Below, piece by piece: positions 43,260-59,576 of a stretch of 64,000 bases of DNA. Position numbers and translations under genes: made by a program. Position 1 is the stretch's first letter, and every line of letters begins with the position of its first letter. This DNA comes from Eledone cirrhosa (lineage: Eukaryota): positions 273,978,001 to 274,042,000 of the forward strand of contig OZ024741.1 in the NCBI GenBank assembly GCA_964016885.1, given 5' to 3'. Below the pieces are notes generated by a model. It made no database searches, had not been told where the DNA came from, and worked only from the letters and a program-made list of their open reading frames with translations.

Positions 43260-43930
43260 GGGCGGTGGATTGGCAGTATCGGTAGAGGGTCGGGTGCCAT
43301 GCTTTGCAGCATATAGTAATAGTAACGGCTCTTTATGTTCAGAGTTCAAATCCCGCCGTTGTTAACCTTGGGCCTAAATCAGGTACCATTATTATGTTGA
43401 AATCCCGCCGAGGTTAACTTTGCCTTTTATCCTTACGGGGTCGATAAAATAAAGTACCAGTAATACACTGGGTAATTGCTGGCCTTGTGCCTAAAGTAGA
43501 AACAATTATTATGTTGAAATATTATGTTGAAATAAAGGCGGTGGTTTGGCAGAATCGGTAGAGGGTCGGACACCATGCTTTGCAGCAATGAGTTACGTCC
43601 CTTTACAGACTGAGTTCAAATCCCGCCGAGCTTAACTTTGCCTTTCATCCTTAAGGGGTCGATAAAATAAAGTACTAGTAATACACTGGGATAATTGCTG
43701 GCCTTGTGCCAAATATAGAAACAATTTTTATGTTGAAATATGGTGGATTGGCAGTATTGGTAGAGGGTCGGACGCCATGCTTTGACGCATAGAGTTACGG
43801 CCCTGGCCATTCTGAGTTCAAATCCCGCCGAGGTTAACTTTGCCTTTCATCCTTACGGGGTCGATAAAATAAAGTACCAGTAATTGCTGGCCTAGTGCCA
43901 AAAAGTAGAAACAATTATTATGTTGAAATA
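43260..43930 (+). mobile_element. Head-to-tail array of 4 SINE copies or fragments
   Basis: Copies at ~43260, 43398, 43537 and 43741, each followed by TTATGTTGAAAT. Confidence 0.88.
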
Positions 43931-44168
43931 TACCAAGTCAAACATTACTTTCTTTAGTTATATTTGTCTAGCTTTGCCCTTAATATATTTTTACTTGTGT
44001 ATATTAGTTATGAGTTTGCCATTCGATGGTTTTATCCCTTGTGTGTTTTGTTTATTGCTGGCTTTGTATTCTGACTGTATTATTTACGTATTTAGACATT
44101 CAGTGATTACTTTGTGATTGTTCTGGGTGTATCTACGTTCAGAATTAGTTCTTTGACAGTCCTATTTG

Positions 44169-44219
<51 letters not shown>

Positions 44220-44740
44220 CATTTAAAGGGTATATACATATAAACTAGACAGGGCCGTAGAAATATATATATATATATGTTTTTGGCAACAATTCACAGT
44301 GTGGCTCAATGACGAATTAATTAAATAATTAATAATCAGAGCAATATATAAAGTAAGTCCATAGAATCATTAGATAAAATATATACAGTATTTCTTCTCC
44401 TAATCAGCATAAATTAACCCCCAAAAAATCATTTAAACGAGGCTATAGGTTTAAAATTTACCTATGAAGAAATAGTAGATAAATGATATAGCTTTTTATC
44501 CGCGATTCACAGCTATAGAAAATTTACCCATTATTTCTGTAGAAATTGACTAGACATATAGTTAACCATACATAATTAGTTAAAAAATCAAAGTTAGAAG
44601 AAAAAATGCACATAAGCATACCAAACTCATCAAAACATCTCTACTACCGGCAGTTTCATTCCGTTTTTGGATATATCTGATCTTCGATAAATCAACGAGG
44701 TTGGAAAGCATCAGGAGATAAACTCAATTGGACGAAGATT
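44220..44740 (-). mobile_element. PLE-type short element with degenerate hammerhead (44641-44718)
   Basis: CUC-CUGAUGC-UUUCC...GGAAU-GAAA-CUGCCGG-UA; downstream CTATATCATTTATCT shared with 13741. Confidence 0.5.
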
Positions 44741-44760
44741 TTTCTATATAGAGAGATTTT

Positions 44761-44851
<91 letters not shown>

Positions 44852-44854
<3 letters not shown>

Positions 44855-45749
44855 TTCTCCAGCGCAAGGCGCATACAATAGTCGAATGCGATGATAGAAA
44901 GGTAGGGAGCCAATGTATCTCTCTGGAGCACCCCAGCCGGTTTATCAAAGAACACCGTCATCCCATCAGGTGCAATGACTTGGGCTTTGGTGTTGGTGTA
45001 GAGCAGTGATATCAGGTCCACTATCCTCTTGGGGATTCCATAAGCCTGTAAGAACTTCATCCACAGAATCAAAGGCCTTCCTAAAGTCTATTAAAAACCA
45101 TGACCGCAGGAAGGCACTTTGCTCTAGCTCCCTCTAATATCCTCTTCAGCATCAGGATGTATTGTAACACCGGCTCAGGGCAGGAGAGTTAAGGCGAAAC
45201 TATATCAGATGCTGAATTTGCCGACGACATGGTTTTCGTGACAGATACAATGGAGGGGGCGGAGGATTTGATGCAGAGGGTGGGGACTGTGTCGATGAGT
45301 GTGGGGCTAAGAGTGAGTGAGATTATAACGAAATGTCTGGTAGAGAGTATTAGGAGGCCAGAGAGCATTACTAATGTAGGCGGGGGGGGGGGACGACGCT
45401 GGGGTTGGTTGGGGACTTCTTGTGTTTGGGATGGTGGATGGTGGATGGGTGCTGCACGAAAATGCTGAGCATGGCTCTGAACATTAATCAGTATACACTG
45501 AGGATGAAGAACTCAGAGCTCAAATGACACAGAGGAGACTGAGGTTGGCTGGACATGCTCACCGACATCCAGAGTTGACACTGCACTCAGTGCTCATGTG
45601 GGAGTCCCTGCATGGACACACTGGAAGAGGAAGTCCGAGATTAACATATGCTGATGCCTTAAAGACAGACACTGGTCTCTTGGAGACGCAGGACATGGCA
45701 GCGATAATAAGGGAGAGAACTCGTCCATGGATCTCGGGAATTTTGCCCG

Positions 45750-45750
<1 letters not shown>
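44852..45750. mobile_element. RTE-like LINE with 5' inversion (minus 44852-45165, plus 45170-45750)
   Basis: Minus: DFRKAFDSV...AYGIP...GVLQRDTLAPYL; plus: EFADDMVF...RRLRLAGHAHRHPE. Confidence 0.85.
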
Positions 45751-45809
<59 letters not shown>

Positions 45810-45996
45810 AAATATATGTAATCTGAGTTTTTCGAATATATTAATAATAATATTTGATTCATTTGCAATTATGCAAACACCCTCTTTTTTAAAGCCATGT
45901 CAGTAGAATGAGCTCCTCATTCTTGCTCTTGAGTTGGCACACACACACACGCATATATATATACACATAATCTATCTATCCATCTTTCTTTCTTTC

Positions 45997-46061
<65 letters not shown>

Positions 46062-47010
46062 AGCGGTAGTATTAATGTGGCAACATCCCTCTGGTCCCAT
46101 TATTCATTGTGTCACTATTACCCAACTTATTGTGTTCACACTGAGGAGATATTTCTTAATTACTCTATCATTGAGTGCTTTGTGAATGTCTTCGAAAATC
46201 AATCGGATTCGAATCTACTACTTGCAGCTGCAACTTCGATTATACTCATTACTATTATACTCATCTCTATTAGAGAGAGAAAAGGTGAAGTTGGAAATAG
46301 CACGGAAAATATATTTTAGGGTCTGTTTTTCTTTTTTTTCCTTTCTTTGATTCGTCAAAGTGACATTATTAAAAAAAAAGATGGCATATTTGAAAAAATG
46401 AGAGACAATTCTTTAAAAAAAGAGTTTTATAATGTATATAAAGTATTTAAAGTATAACCGGTTTCGTTGTATTATTAAAATTCATCTTAAATGTTGAGTA
46501 TTACAATTAAAAAGATTTAATAAGAATTAAAAACTAAAAATGAAAGATTTAAAATTAAGTGTTAGAGTAAGTTTTTTTTCCCAAATTCCTAGCGCCCTTG
46601 AGTAATTTCAGCCATTTAAAAGCACAGAAGACCTCTTAACTTTACTCTATATTTCTCATTTACTTCTTAATGTCAACATTTTTATCGCACTATCTGCAGC
46701 CTGTCTATGGACTCAATTTCATAAATATATAACTTATTAAATCGATACAGATCGATGAAATAAGTATCTAAGTTGATATGATCGACCAAAAACTCTTGAA
46801 AGTGTTATCCAAATATGGCCGCTGTCCATTAACTGAATCTAATGATATATATATATATATATATATCCTGGAACTAGTAGTAGTACAAGTAATTGTAGGA
46901 CAGATTAAAGTTTAAGCAAAGAATTTCTTCTTTTACCTTATTACGGGATGTTCTGAAACTGATATATATATATATAGTAATAATAAATAATACACACACA
47001 CACACACACG

Positions 47011-47103
<93 letters not shown>

Positions 47104-48069
47104 GTATGCATATATACATAACACGAAATTACGTTAAATTCTAAATATGTCGTTAAAGAAATGTGACAAAAATTCTTGAAACTTTATCCAATCTTAATGT
47201 TAGTTCTTCAGTGGTAAGTAGCTAAAAGTAAGTTATTGCGGGATTACTGGGCTTTTATGAATCAAACATTAAGGGTTCATATCTCTGTTTACTGAACTGA
47301 AACATCTCTGTAAATCTATTAGATTAATAGTAGAGACTGATCCACTTTCTAGAACATTATATGTGGCAGAGGGACCCCTCTCTCCACCCGACCACCACCA
47401 CCACCAACACCATCACCACCACCATCTCCACCACCACCACTACCACCATCACCACCACCAACACCATCACCACCACCACCACCACAATCATCAACATCAA
47501 CATAAAATTCATTTATGTGAAGAGAGATATATACAATGTCTCACACACAAAAAATCCGTTCATGCTCGTTAAAATTCTTTCATTTAGATGTATGTGAACA
47601 CGACAGGCTCCCACGAGGTATAGCTTCGTAGTTTTGAAGGCAGGCCAGTCACCAAAGACGGTGTGTGTGGGAGGGGGGTACACAGGATGACACTGTCTCC
47701 GCCCCCCTCACATTCACACACTCGCACCCTTTTCAAGGGTGCATCCTCAGATTTAGAAAATCTTTTTCTTCTCTTGTTAAGTTTATTTTGCTCTCTATGC
47801 AACATTGGGTTACGAGAGATTACCATTCCACTCAGTTGTTAGACGTGTAAGGAGTCTGCTCCAAGGTCAAGTATCTACTCGTAGTTTCTGTAGAAATGTT
47901 TATTAATAGAGGAATGGCTGTTAGCCTTGTACTCCATCACTCTTCTTTTCTCAACACAGGCCGAAAACTAACCTAGCATTTCGAAGTCATGTGGGGTGGT
48001 AGTCTGTAATCCATGTTAAGGGCCCAATCAGGCACTGTCAGCCAAAGCCAGCTGAGTTTGGGACTAAAA

Positions 48070-48350
48070 TCACTTCACTCTATTTTCCAAAAAAACATTA
48101 GATAACACTTTGTCTAGTATTGAAATAATATTTCTTTAAACCATTTCACTCTAATTTCCAAGGAACATTATTAGTCTACGCTATGTCCACTATTGAAATA
48201 ATATTTCTTTAAACCACTTCACTCTATTTTCAAAAGAACATCAGATAATGCTATGTCCAGTATTGAAATAACGTATTTTAATCGTTAACATAACTTTCAA
48301 AGAGACGGTGTGTAACTGTATGTCCAGTATTGAAATAATGTTTCTTTAAC
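48070..48350. repeat. Decayed ~70-bp tandem repeat
   Basis: TGTC...TATTGAAATAA marker occurs 4 times. Confidence 0.7.
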
Positions 48351-49190
48351 TTCCGGATAACGGTAATGTGCGGTAGTGAAATAAGTTTTATTCAAATCAC
48401 TATTTAAAATATATAGTTCCTACAAAATATCCTGAAATATGTTTCTTACAGAATGTTCAGCAGTACATCCACCACCCTTGGGTGGAAGTTTATTTTATCG
48501 ACACCGAAAGGATTGACAAAATCTGTAATAACATGAACTGAAAAACTATATCACAAAAAACTGTATAACAAAATCTGTAATTACATGCAAAACCAGAAAA
48601 AAACTCCCTATGTGGTTGGTTAAAATTTATACACAACAAGCAAGGGAATTATTTTTCATCGGATTTATATCGGATTTCTTATACTGTTACAGATTGGATT
48701 AACGCCAGAGTTTTAAACCGGTTTCATGTGGCGCTAAACGACTGAAATTAGCAGAGTATTCCTTAAGAAAAGACGCCTGTCCATTGAAAGGTTATTGCAG
48801 GTGGTAGTTCATCTTCAGGTGAATGAACTGGAGCAACATCAAATAAAGTTCAAGGAGAAAATACAACGATCAAGTCTGGAGACTCAAACCTACGGCCGAG
48901 CGATCTCGAGACCAAAAACAACCAAGCGACGCTCATCTTGCTATCACATCAGAAAGGGAGATTACTCTAATAAAAACAAAAAAAGGGTAAGAAAATGAAG
49001 AAGAAATCATTGGAATTCTAGTTGCTGACATCTAGTGTAAGATTGACGTTTACTACAGAGCTTCTGACTGATTTATTAAGTTATTTCTGTTGTAAAGGTA
49101 GAATTTCTAAATAAAACACAAAAACACCTAAATATATGCATGTATGTATTTATATATATATATATATGTATTTATATATATATATGTATT

Positions 49191-49306
<116 letters not shown>

Positions 49307-49339
49307 ATATATATATATATATATGTGTGTATATATATG

Positions 49340-49372
<33 letters not shown>

Positions 49373-49559
49373 GTATGTGTATGTATATATATGTATATGT
49401 ATATATAAGTATATATATATATGTGTGTATATAAATATATATATGTGCGTGTGTGTGTGTATGTATGTGCGTGTGTGTGTGTGTATTGAACAATAGAAAC
49501 AAAACAAAACAAAAGTTATATATATATACATACAGATATTTATATATGTATGTATATAT

Positions 49560-49673
<114 letters not shown>

Positions 49674-49914
49674 TTATAACTATATATTTACAGCCAACCA
49701 AAGATATTCGGGTTTAGTTTTCCAACAAATCTCAGAGCAGTTATTTCTTCGTTGCATTATTTTGTAGAAGTTCGTACGACAATTGACTGTAATTCGTCTC
49801 CAAGGAGACCTCATCTCAGACACATTGAACAGCGAGCCAAATATAAACAAAATTCACAAATAACAAAGGAAAAAAAACAACACCCATGAATTACTGTTCA
49901 ACATCACGTGTGTC

Positions 49915-49957
<43 letters not shown>

Positions 49958-49992
49958 ATGTGTGTATGTGTGTATGTATGTGTGTGTGCATA

Positions 49993-50036
<44 letters not shown>

Positions 50037-50162
50037 CACATGTGTGTGTCTTTTTATCTCTTTATCTCCCTATCTATCTGTTTATCTATATATATCTATC
50101 TCTCTATCTATAAATCTCTCCATCTCAATCTCTTCACACGCACACACACACACACATACATG

Positions 50163-50204
<42 letters not shown>

Positions 50205-50377
50205 CATATGTGAGTGCGTGTCTGTGTGTGTTTGCATGCGTGTATGAATCTGTTTGTGTGCGTGTGTATATATGTCTGTATATGTGTTTATATGTATATA
50301 TGTATATATATATATATATACATACACACACACACACATATATATATACATGTATATATATAAATATATATATATAT

Positions 50378-50425
<48 letters not shown>

Positions 50426-50669
50426 GTTTATAAGTGTGAATGTATTTGTCTATATATCTGTCTCTCTCTCTCTTTCTGTGAGTTTGATTAGTGATTTTCT
50501 TACTTTTAATATCAGCCTTGGGAGAGGAGTGTGTGTGTGTGTTGGGGGGGGGGGGGGGGGCATGTGTGTGAGTGTGTGTAGGGGGAGGGTACTTCTGACA
50601 CAATGATTGTCATTTACTATGCCACTCCAATGGTTGAAGTGAGGTTATGAATTGGGCTTCATCATACCA

Positions 50670-51905
50670 CACCATCACCCACACCATCAACACTACCATC
50701 ACCACTACCGCCACAATTACACACCACCATCTTCACCACCACCATCAATGCCATCACCACCAACACAACCATCACCACCACCACCATCACCATCAACACT
50801 ACCATCACCACCACCACCACCACCGCCATCACTACCACCTTCATCCACCACCAACACACCAACACCACCACCACTACCACCACCACCACCAGCGCTGCCG
50901 CCGCCGCCACCAGCTTCACCCCCAACTTCACCCTCTCCCCACCAATACACCACCACCGCCACCTTCACCCTCCCCCAACAACAACACCTACACCACCACC
51001 AATATCACCAATATCACCAACATCAACACCGCCATTACCACCGCCACTATCACCAATATCACCACCACCACTACCACTATCATCACCATCACCACCACCA
51101 CCACCACCGCCACTACCATCACGACCACGACCACGACCGCCACCACCACCACACCACGACCACCACCACCACCACCACCACTACCATCACCACCACCACC
51201 GCCACCATCAACACCACCACCACCAATACCATTACCAGCACAACCACCGCCACCACTACCATCACCACCACCACGACCACCACCACCACGACCACCACCA
51301 ACACCAACACCACCAACACCACCACCACTTTCATCGCCACCACCACCACCACTATCACCACCGCCACCACCACCACCACCACCACCTACACCAACACCAC
51401 CACCACTATCATCACCACCACCACCAACACCACCACCACCACCACCACCACCACTATCACCACCACCACCACCACCACCACCACCAACACCATCACCACC
51501 ACCACCATAACCAACACCACCACCACCACCACCACCACCACCACCACCACCACCACCACTATCATCACCACCACCACCACCACCACCACCACCACCAACA
51601 CCACCACCACTATCATCACCACCACCACCACCACTATCACCACCACCACCACCACCACCACCACCACCACCACCGCCACCATAACCACCACCACTATCAT
51701 CACCACCACCACCACCACTATCACCACCATCACCTATACCAACACCACCACCACTATCACCAATATCACCACCACCACCACCACTACCATCACCACCACC
51801 ACCATAACCACCAACACCACCACCAACACCACCGACACCACCACACTATCATCACCACCACCACCACCACACCACCACCACCACCACCACCACCACCACC
51901 ACCAC
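50670..51905. repeat. (ACC)n-rich compound microsatellite
   Basis: Direct reading. Confidence 0.95.
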
Positions 51906-51997
51906 GACTGTCACAACTTCTGTAACCAACTTTTATTTACCAGATTGGAAATCTCGACATTTTAATTCATCTTCTCTAGAAAATATATTTAGTTGTC

Positions 51998-54690
51998 TTG
52001 TTGTTGTTACTGTTGTTGTTACTGTTGTTGTTACTGTTGTTGTTACTGTTGTTGTTGTTACTGTTGTTGTTACTGTTGTTGTTACTGTTGTTGTTGTTAC
52101 TGTTGTTGTTACTGTTGTTGTTACTGTTGTTGTTACTGTTGTTGTTACTGTTGTTGTTGTTACTGTTGTTGTTACTGTTGTTGTTACTGTTGTTGTTGTT
52201 GTTACTGTTGTTGTTACTGTTGTTGTTACTGTTGTTGTTGTTACTGTTGTTGTTACTGTTGTTGTTGTTGTTGTTACTGTTGTTGTTGTTACTGTTGTTG
52301 TTACTGTTGTTGTTACTGTTGTTGTTGTTACTGTTGTTGTTACTGTTGTTGTTGTTGTTGTTACTGTTGTTGTTGTTACTGTTGTTGTTACTGTTGTTGT
52401 TACTGTTGTTGTTACTGTTGTTGTTGTTACTGTTGTTGTTACTGTTGTTGTTGTTACTGTTGTTGTAACTGTTGTTGTTACTGTTGTTGTTGTTACTGTT
52501 GTTGTTACTGTTGTTGTTGTTGTTACTGTTGTTGTTGTTACTGTTGTTGTTACTGTTGTTGTTACTGTTGTTGTTGTTACTGTTGTTGTTGTTACTGTTG
52601 TTGTTGTTACTGTTGTTGTTGTTACTGTTGTTGTTGTTACTGTTGTTGTTGTTACTGTTGTTGTTACTGTTGTTGTTGTTACTGTTGTTGTTACTGTTGT
52701 TGTTACTGTTGTTGTTACTGTTGTTGTTACTGTTGTTGTGGTTACTGTTGTTGTTACTGTTGTTGTTACTGTTGTTGTTAATGTTGTTGTTGTTACTGTT
52801 GTTGTTGTTACTGTTGTTGTTACTGTTGTTGTTACTGTTGTTGTTGTTACTGTTGTTGTTGTTACTGTTGTTGTTACTGTTGTTGTTGTTGTTGTTGTTG
52901 TTGTTACTCTTGTTGTTACTGTTGTTGTTGTTTTTGTTGCTGTTGTTGTTGTTGTTACTGTTGTTGTTACTGTTGTTGTTGTTGTTACTGTTGTTGTTGT
53001 TGTTACTGTTGTTGTTACTGTTGTTGTTGTTGTTGTTGTTACTGTTGTTGTTGTTGTTACTGTTGTTGTTACTGTTGTTGTTACTGTTGTTGTTGTTGTT
53101 GTTACTGTTGTTGTTGTTGTTGTTACTGTTGTTGTTACTGTTGTTGTTTTTGTTGCTGTTGTTGTTGTTGTTACTGTTGTTGTTACTGTTGTTGTTGTTG
53201 TTGTTGTTACTGTTGTTGTTGTTGTTGTTACTGTTGTTGTTATTGTTGTTGTTGTTGTTGTTACTGTTGTTGTTACTGTTGTTGTTACTTTTGTTGTTAC
53301 TGTTGTTGTTACTGTTGTTGTTACCGTTGTTGTTGCTGTTGTTACTGTTGTTGTTACTGTTGTTGTTGTTGTTACTGTTGTTGTTACTGTTGTTGTTACC
53401 GTTGTTGTTACCGTTGTTGTTATAGTTGTTGTTGTTGTTGTTGTTACTGTTGTTGTTATAGTTGTTGTTGTTACTGTTGTTAATGTTGTTGTTTCTGTTG
53501 TTGTTGTTACTGTTGTTGTAACTGTTGTTGTTGTTGTTACTGTTGTTGTTACTGTTGTTGTTGTTGTTATTGTTGTTACTGTTGTTGTTACTGTTGTTGT
53601 TGTTGTTGTTGTTGTTACTGTTGTTGTTACTGTTGTTGTTACTGTTGTTATTATTGTTGTTGTTGTTGTTGTTGTTACTGTTGTTGCTGTTGTTGTTGTT
53701 ACTGTTGTTGTTGTTGTTGTTACTGTTGTTGTTACTGTTGTTGTTACTGTTGTTGTTGTTGTTATTGTTGTTGCTGTTGTTACTGTTGTTGTTACTGTTG
53801 TTGTTGTTGTTACTGTTGTTGTTACTGCTGTTGTTACTGTTGTTGTTACTGTTGTTGTTGTTACTGTTGTTGTTGTTGTTGTTACTGTTGTTGTTACTGT
53901 TGTTATTACTGTTGTTGTTGTTACTGTTGTTGTTGTTGTTGTTGTTGTTGTTACTGTTGTTGTTGTTACTGTTGTTGCTGTTACTGTTGTTGTTGTTGTT
54001 ACTGTTGTTGTTGTTACTGTTGTTGTTACTGTTGTTGTTGTTACTGTTGTTACTGTTGTTACTGTTGTTGTTGTTGTTACTGTTGTTGTTGTTACTGTTG
54101 TTGTTACTGTTGTTGTTACTGTTGTTGTTGTTGTTGTTGTTGTTACTGTTGTTGTTACTTTTGTTGTTACTGTTGTTGTTACTGTTGTTGTAACTGTTGT
54201 TGTTACTGTTGTTGTTATAGTTGTTGCTGTTACTGTTGTTGTTACTGTTGTTGATATTGTTGTTGTTACTGTTGTTGTTGTTACTGTTGTTGCTGTTACT
54301 GTTGTTGTTGTTGTTACTGTTGTTGTTGTTACTGTTGTTGTTACTGTTGTTGTTGTTACTGTTGTTACTGTTGTTACTGTTGTTGTTGTTGTTACTGTTG
54401 TTGTTGTTACTGTTGTTGTTACTGTTGTTGTTATAGTTGTTACTGTTTTTGTTGTTGTTACTGTTGTTGTTACTGTTGTTGTTGTTACTGTTGTTGTTAT
54501 AGTTGTTGTTGTTACTGTTGTTACTGTTGTTGTTGTTACTGCTGTTGTTACTGTTGTTGTTGTTGTTGTTGTTGTTGCTGTTACTGTTGTTGTTACTGTT
54601 GTTGTTGTTACTGTTGTTGTTACTGTTGTTGTTGTTACTGTTGTTGTTACTGTTGTTGTTGTTGTTACTGTTGTTGTTGTGGTTGTTGTT
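51998..54690. repeat. 2.7-kb (GTT)n-ACT compound microsatellite
   Basis: Direct reading. Confidence 0.95.
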
Positions 54691-54839
54691 GGTGTTATTT
54701 GTTGAAAGCCTAATATTGATAGTGGCGGGAGTGGTGGTAATATTCATGGTGTTTATGATGATAATGATGGGGATGGTGACGACGACGACGATGATGATGA
54801 TGATGATTATAAAGATAAGTTTAACCAGCTCTAACTAAA

Positions 54840-55561
54840 TGTTACCAGGTATGACAATATGTAACAAGGTGTGACAATATGTAACCAGGTGTGACTAGAT
54901 GTAACCAGGTGGATAATATGTAACCAGGTGTGACTAGATGTATCCAGGTGGACAATATGTAACCAGGTGTGACTAGATGTATCCAGGTGTGGCAATACGT
55001 AACCACGTGTGACTAGATGTAAGCAGATGTGGCGATATGTAACCAGGTGTAACTAAATGTAACAATGTGTGACAATATGTAACAAGGTGTGGTGATATGT
55101 AACCAGGTGTGATAATATGTAACCAGGTGTGACAATATGTAACCAGGTGTGACTAGATGTAACCAGGTGTGACAATATGTAACCAGATGTGACTAGATGT
55201 AACCAGGTGTGACAATATTTAACCAGGTGTGACTAGATGTAACCAGGTTGACTGTAAGTAAAGAAGTGTAACAATGAGTAACCAGGTGTGACTAAGTGTA
55301 ACCAGGTGTGACTATATTTAAAGAAGCGTGACAATGATTAACTAGGTGTGATGAAGTGTAACCATGTGTGACAATATATAACCAGGTCTGACTGGGTTTA
55401 ACCAGGCCTAACTAAATATGATTAAGTGTGACCAGGTGTGACTAAGTGTAACCAGGTGTGACTTAGTGTAACCAGGTGTGACTAAGTGTAACCAGGTGTG
55501 ACTAAGTATAACCAGATGTGACTATGTGTATCCAGGTGTGACTAAGTGTAAACAGGTGTGT
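54840..55561. repeat. 20/19-bp tandem minisatellite
   Basis: GTAACCAGGTGTGACAATAT / GTAACCAGGTGTGACTAAGT, about 36 copies. Confidence 0.93.
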
Positions 55562-56199
55562 CGAACTGGTTTTTATAATTTCAACATCTGACATTCCAGT
55601 ATTTTATTCCTCTCTTTTGCCTACCCCAATCCATCCGTGACTATCCATTTATATTCAGAAATATATGTATTTATACATATACATTACTAGAAATCCCATA
55701 TGTTATAAAATAAATAGGATGGGTTGAGGTATCAATATGTAAACTAAACGACTAATTCTGGTTTTTTAAAAATATCAATGCAGACAACCTAGAAAAATTA
55801 ATGATTTTCTACCTCCCCGTTTATTGCAACCCCAACCCCACCCCGCTTATTCCAAAACCCTTATTATTTGGGACCCGAGAGTGAGTAATATTATCTTGTT
55901 CTAACTAATGTTTTTATGCAATATGTCTAAATTGCTTTAATATCTGCTGTCACTACAGTGGCAATATCGACTTCATTTTGGTATCTCTGTCTTTTGTGTG
56001 AGGTTAAAAGTGCATTTGGTGTATTTAATGTTAGTGAAAATTTATTCAGGTGTTTATTTGGTATACATTGCCGGTTCAAAGATAATATCTACCCACTATG
56101 CATATGCACACAGGCCTGATAAAATTAAAGTGGTTTTCGTGGAATGTCCGGGAAGTACTGGGTTGAAATTAGCTAGCAAGGCGTTTCTCCATTGGCAGC

Positions 56200-56310
56200 A
56201 AAACGTTACCGAGGTTAACTTTGCCTTCCATCCTTACGGCATAGATAAAATAAAGTACCAGTAATGCACTGGGATAATTTCTGGCCTTGTGCCACAAGTA
56301 GAAACAATTA
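56200..56310 (+). mobile_element. 5'-truncated SINE
   Basis: Family match. Confidence 0.8.
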
Positions 56311-56915
56311 TTTATTTTTCTGTTAATGTATATCACAAGTTGATTCAATATGTGAGTAGAAGAAAGCGAGACGTACTTTTAAAGAAAAGCCATTATACAT
56401 CGAGGAAAAAAAAAACGAGTGTTAAAACGAGAAATATAAGTTGTTTTAATCCTCCGTTTAACCTAGATAATGATTATCATAACATACATTTTCGTTTTAG
56501 ATTTCATAGATATATTTTGATTTCCTTCTTGGCAATGACACGTAATCTCTTAACTTCCAATAATCACACAACAGACAGATTTCTTCCAATGTGACAAACA
56601 CATTCGATCTAAAATGGGATATATTTCACTTTTCTATCAGTATTCATCAACGAAGTTCGATTAATATTTTCTTATAAAGTAAAAGTATCTAGTTTCATCA
56701 ACCATTAATTTTCATCAACCATGTTTTTCACCATTTTGTTTTTCATTGCAATGATTTCTTTCCGTTCAATACAGACACTAACCGAAAGAGAACACCTATG
56801 TGATACTTTAATCTGCTAGAAATAGCAAACAAATCTATACAATTTTCTGTCGTATCATTGCCTTCATTATTCATTTTCCTTGTTTCATGGTTTTCTGTCA
56901 TTATATGAATGTTTC

Positions 56916-56964
<49 letters not shown>

Positions 56965-57813
56965 TGTATACGTACATACATATATGTACACAGACGTACA
57001 GTAGTATGTATATACATACATGCACACATATATATATGTACGTAATATGTACGTATGGGTTTCCCGAACATTTATTATAATGCTCGTTTTTTTTGTAAGC
57101 AAACAGCCCGAATTATAGGCCGTACAGTGTTCGACAACCATCGTTGCCATTTTGTTCAACACTGACAAAGGAACGATGAACTAGTTTCTAGCTTATTAAC
57201 TGTCATCAGCACTGTATACCTTCCCGTCAGTTTGATTGAACGTTTGAAAGTATATACTTTCCTTATGCATATTAACGGCTGAGCAGTCTAATTTGCATAT
57301 CAAGTGAGTTAGACGGCCGGGCGTACCGAAAACGATAAATGGAAAAAATGAAATTTCATTTCTCACTCTTAGTACGGCTGATGCTATAAAATATAATATA
57401 TACGGATGGTTCTGTAAACTAAACTAAATGGTTATGTAAACTAGACGAGTTATTCTGGGTTTTTTTTAAATCAATGAAAACAACATGGGAAAATTACTAA
57501 CACCCACCTTGCTTATTCAAACTCCCCCGCTTACCCCTCACCTCGATTATTCTAACCCCACCACCCACTTATTCCCACCTCACCACCGCTTACTTATTCC
57601 AACACCCTCATTATTTCGGAACCGAGAATAAGTAATATTACCTTTTCTAACTAATTCTATGCTCGAAATGTTTTATTATACAATATGTCTAAATTGCTCT
57701 ACGATAACAACATCTTGTCTCTTTCCTCGGTTTCGGAAATGTTCCATCTGTTACATTGAGCGGTTCTCTGGTCAGATAGTCAGTCTACAATAGTTTTGGT
57801 TGTATATTGATAG

Positions 57814-59439
<1,626 letters not shown>

Positions 59440-59440
59440 A

Positions 59441-59538
<98 letters not shown>

Positions 59539-59576
59539 TTATATATATATATATAAATATATATTTATATATATAT

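Noticed and set aside
42973-43260. C..KWGPTCWPP resemblance to a class B GPCR hormone-binding motif
   Set aside because: Too short, lacks the conserved WD motif, and an in-frame stop lies just upstream
50647-51965. Extensin- or mucin-like Pro/Thr/His ORFs
   Set aside because: (ACC)n repeat open in multiple frames
51976-54747. 923-aa poly-Asn ORF (and poly-Leu, -Cys and -Val ORFs)
   Set aside because: Translation of a (GTT)n-ACT microsatellite
54840-55561. CRISPR-like regular array
   Set aside because: Contiguous 19-20-bp units with no unique spacers, no cas genes, eukaryotic context
56425-56467. RNISCFNPPF, like the PLE RNIIWFNPPF motif
   Set aside because: Too short to annotate; at most a tiny relic
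55740-57700. Diverged duplicate 55740-55940 / 57437-57700 as LTRs
   Set aside because: No TG..CA ends, primer-binding site or TSD; probably old repeat fragments or a local duplication
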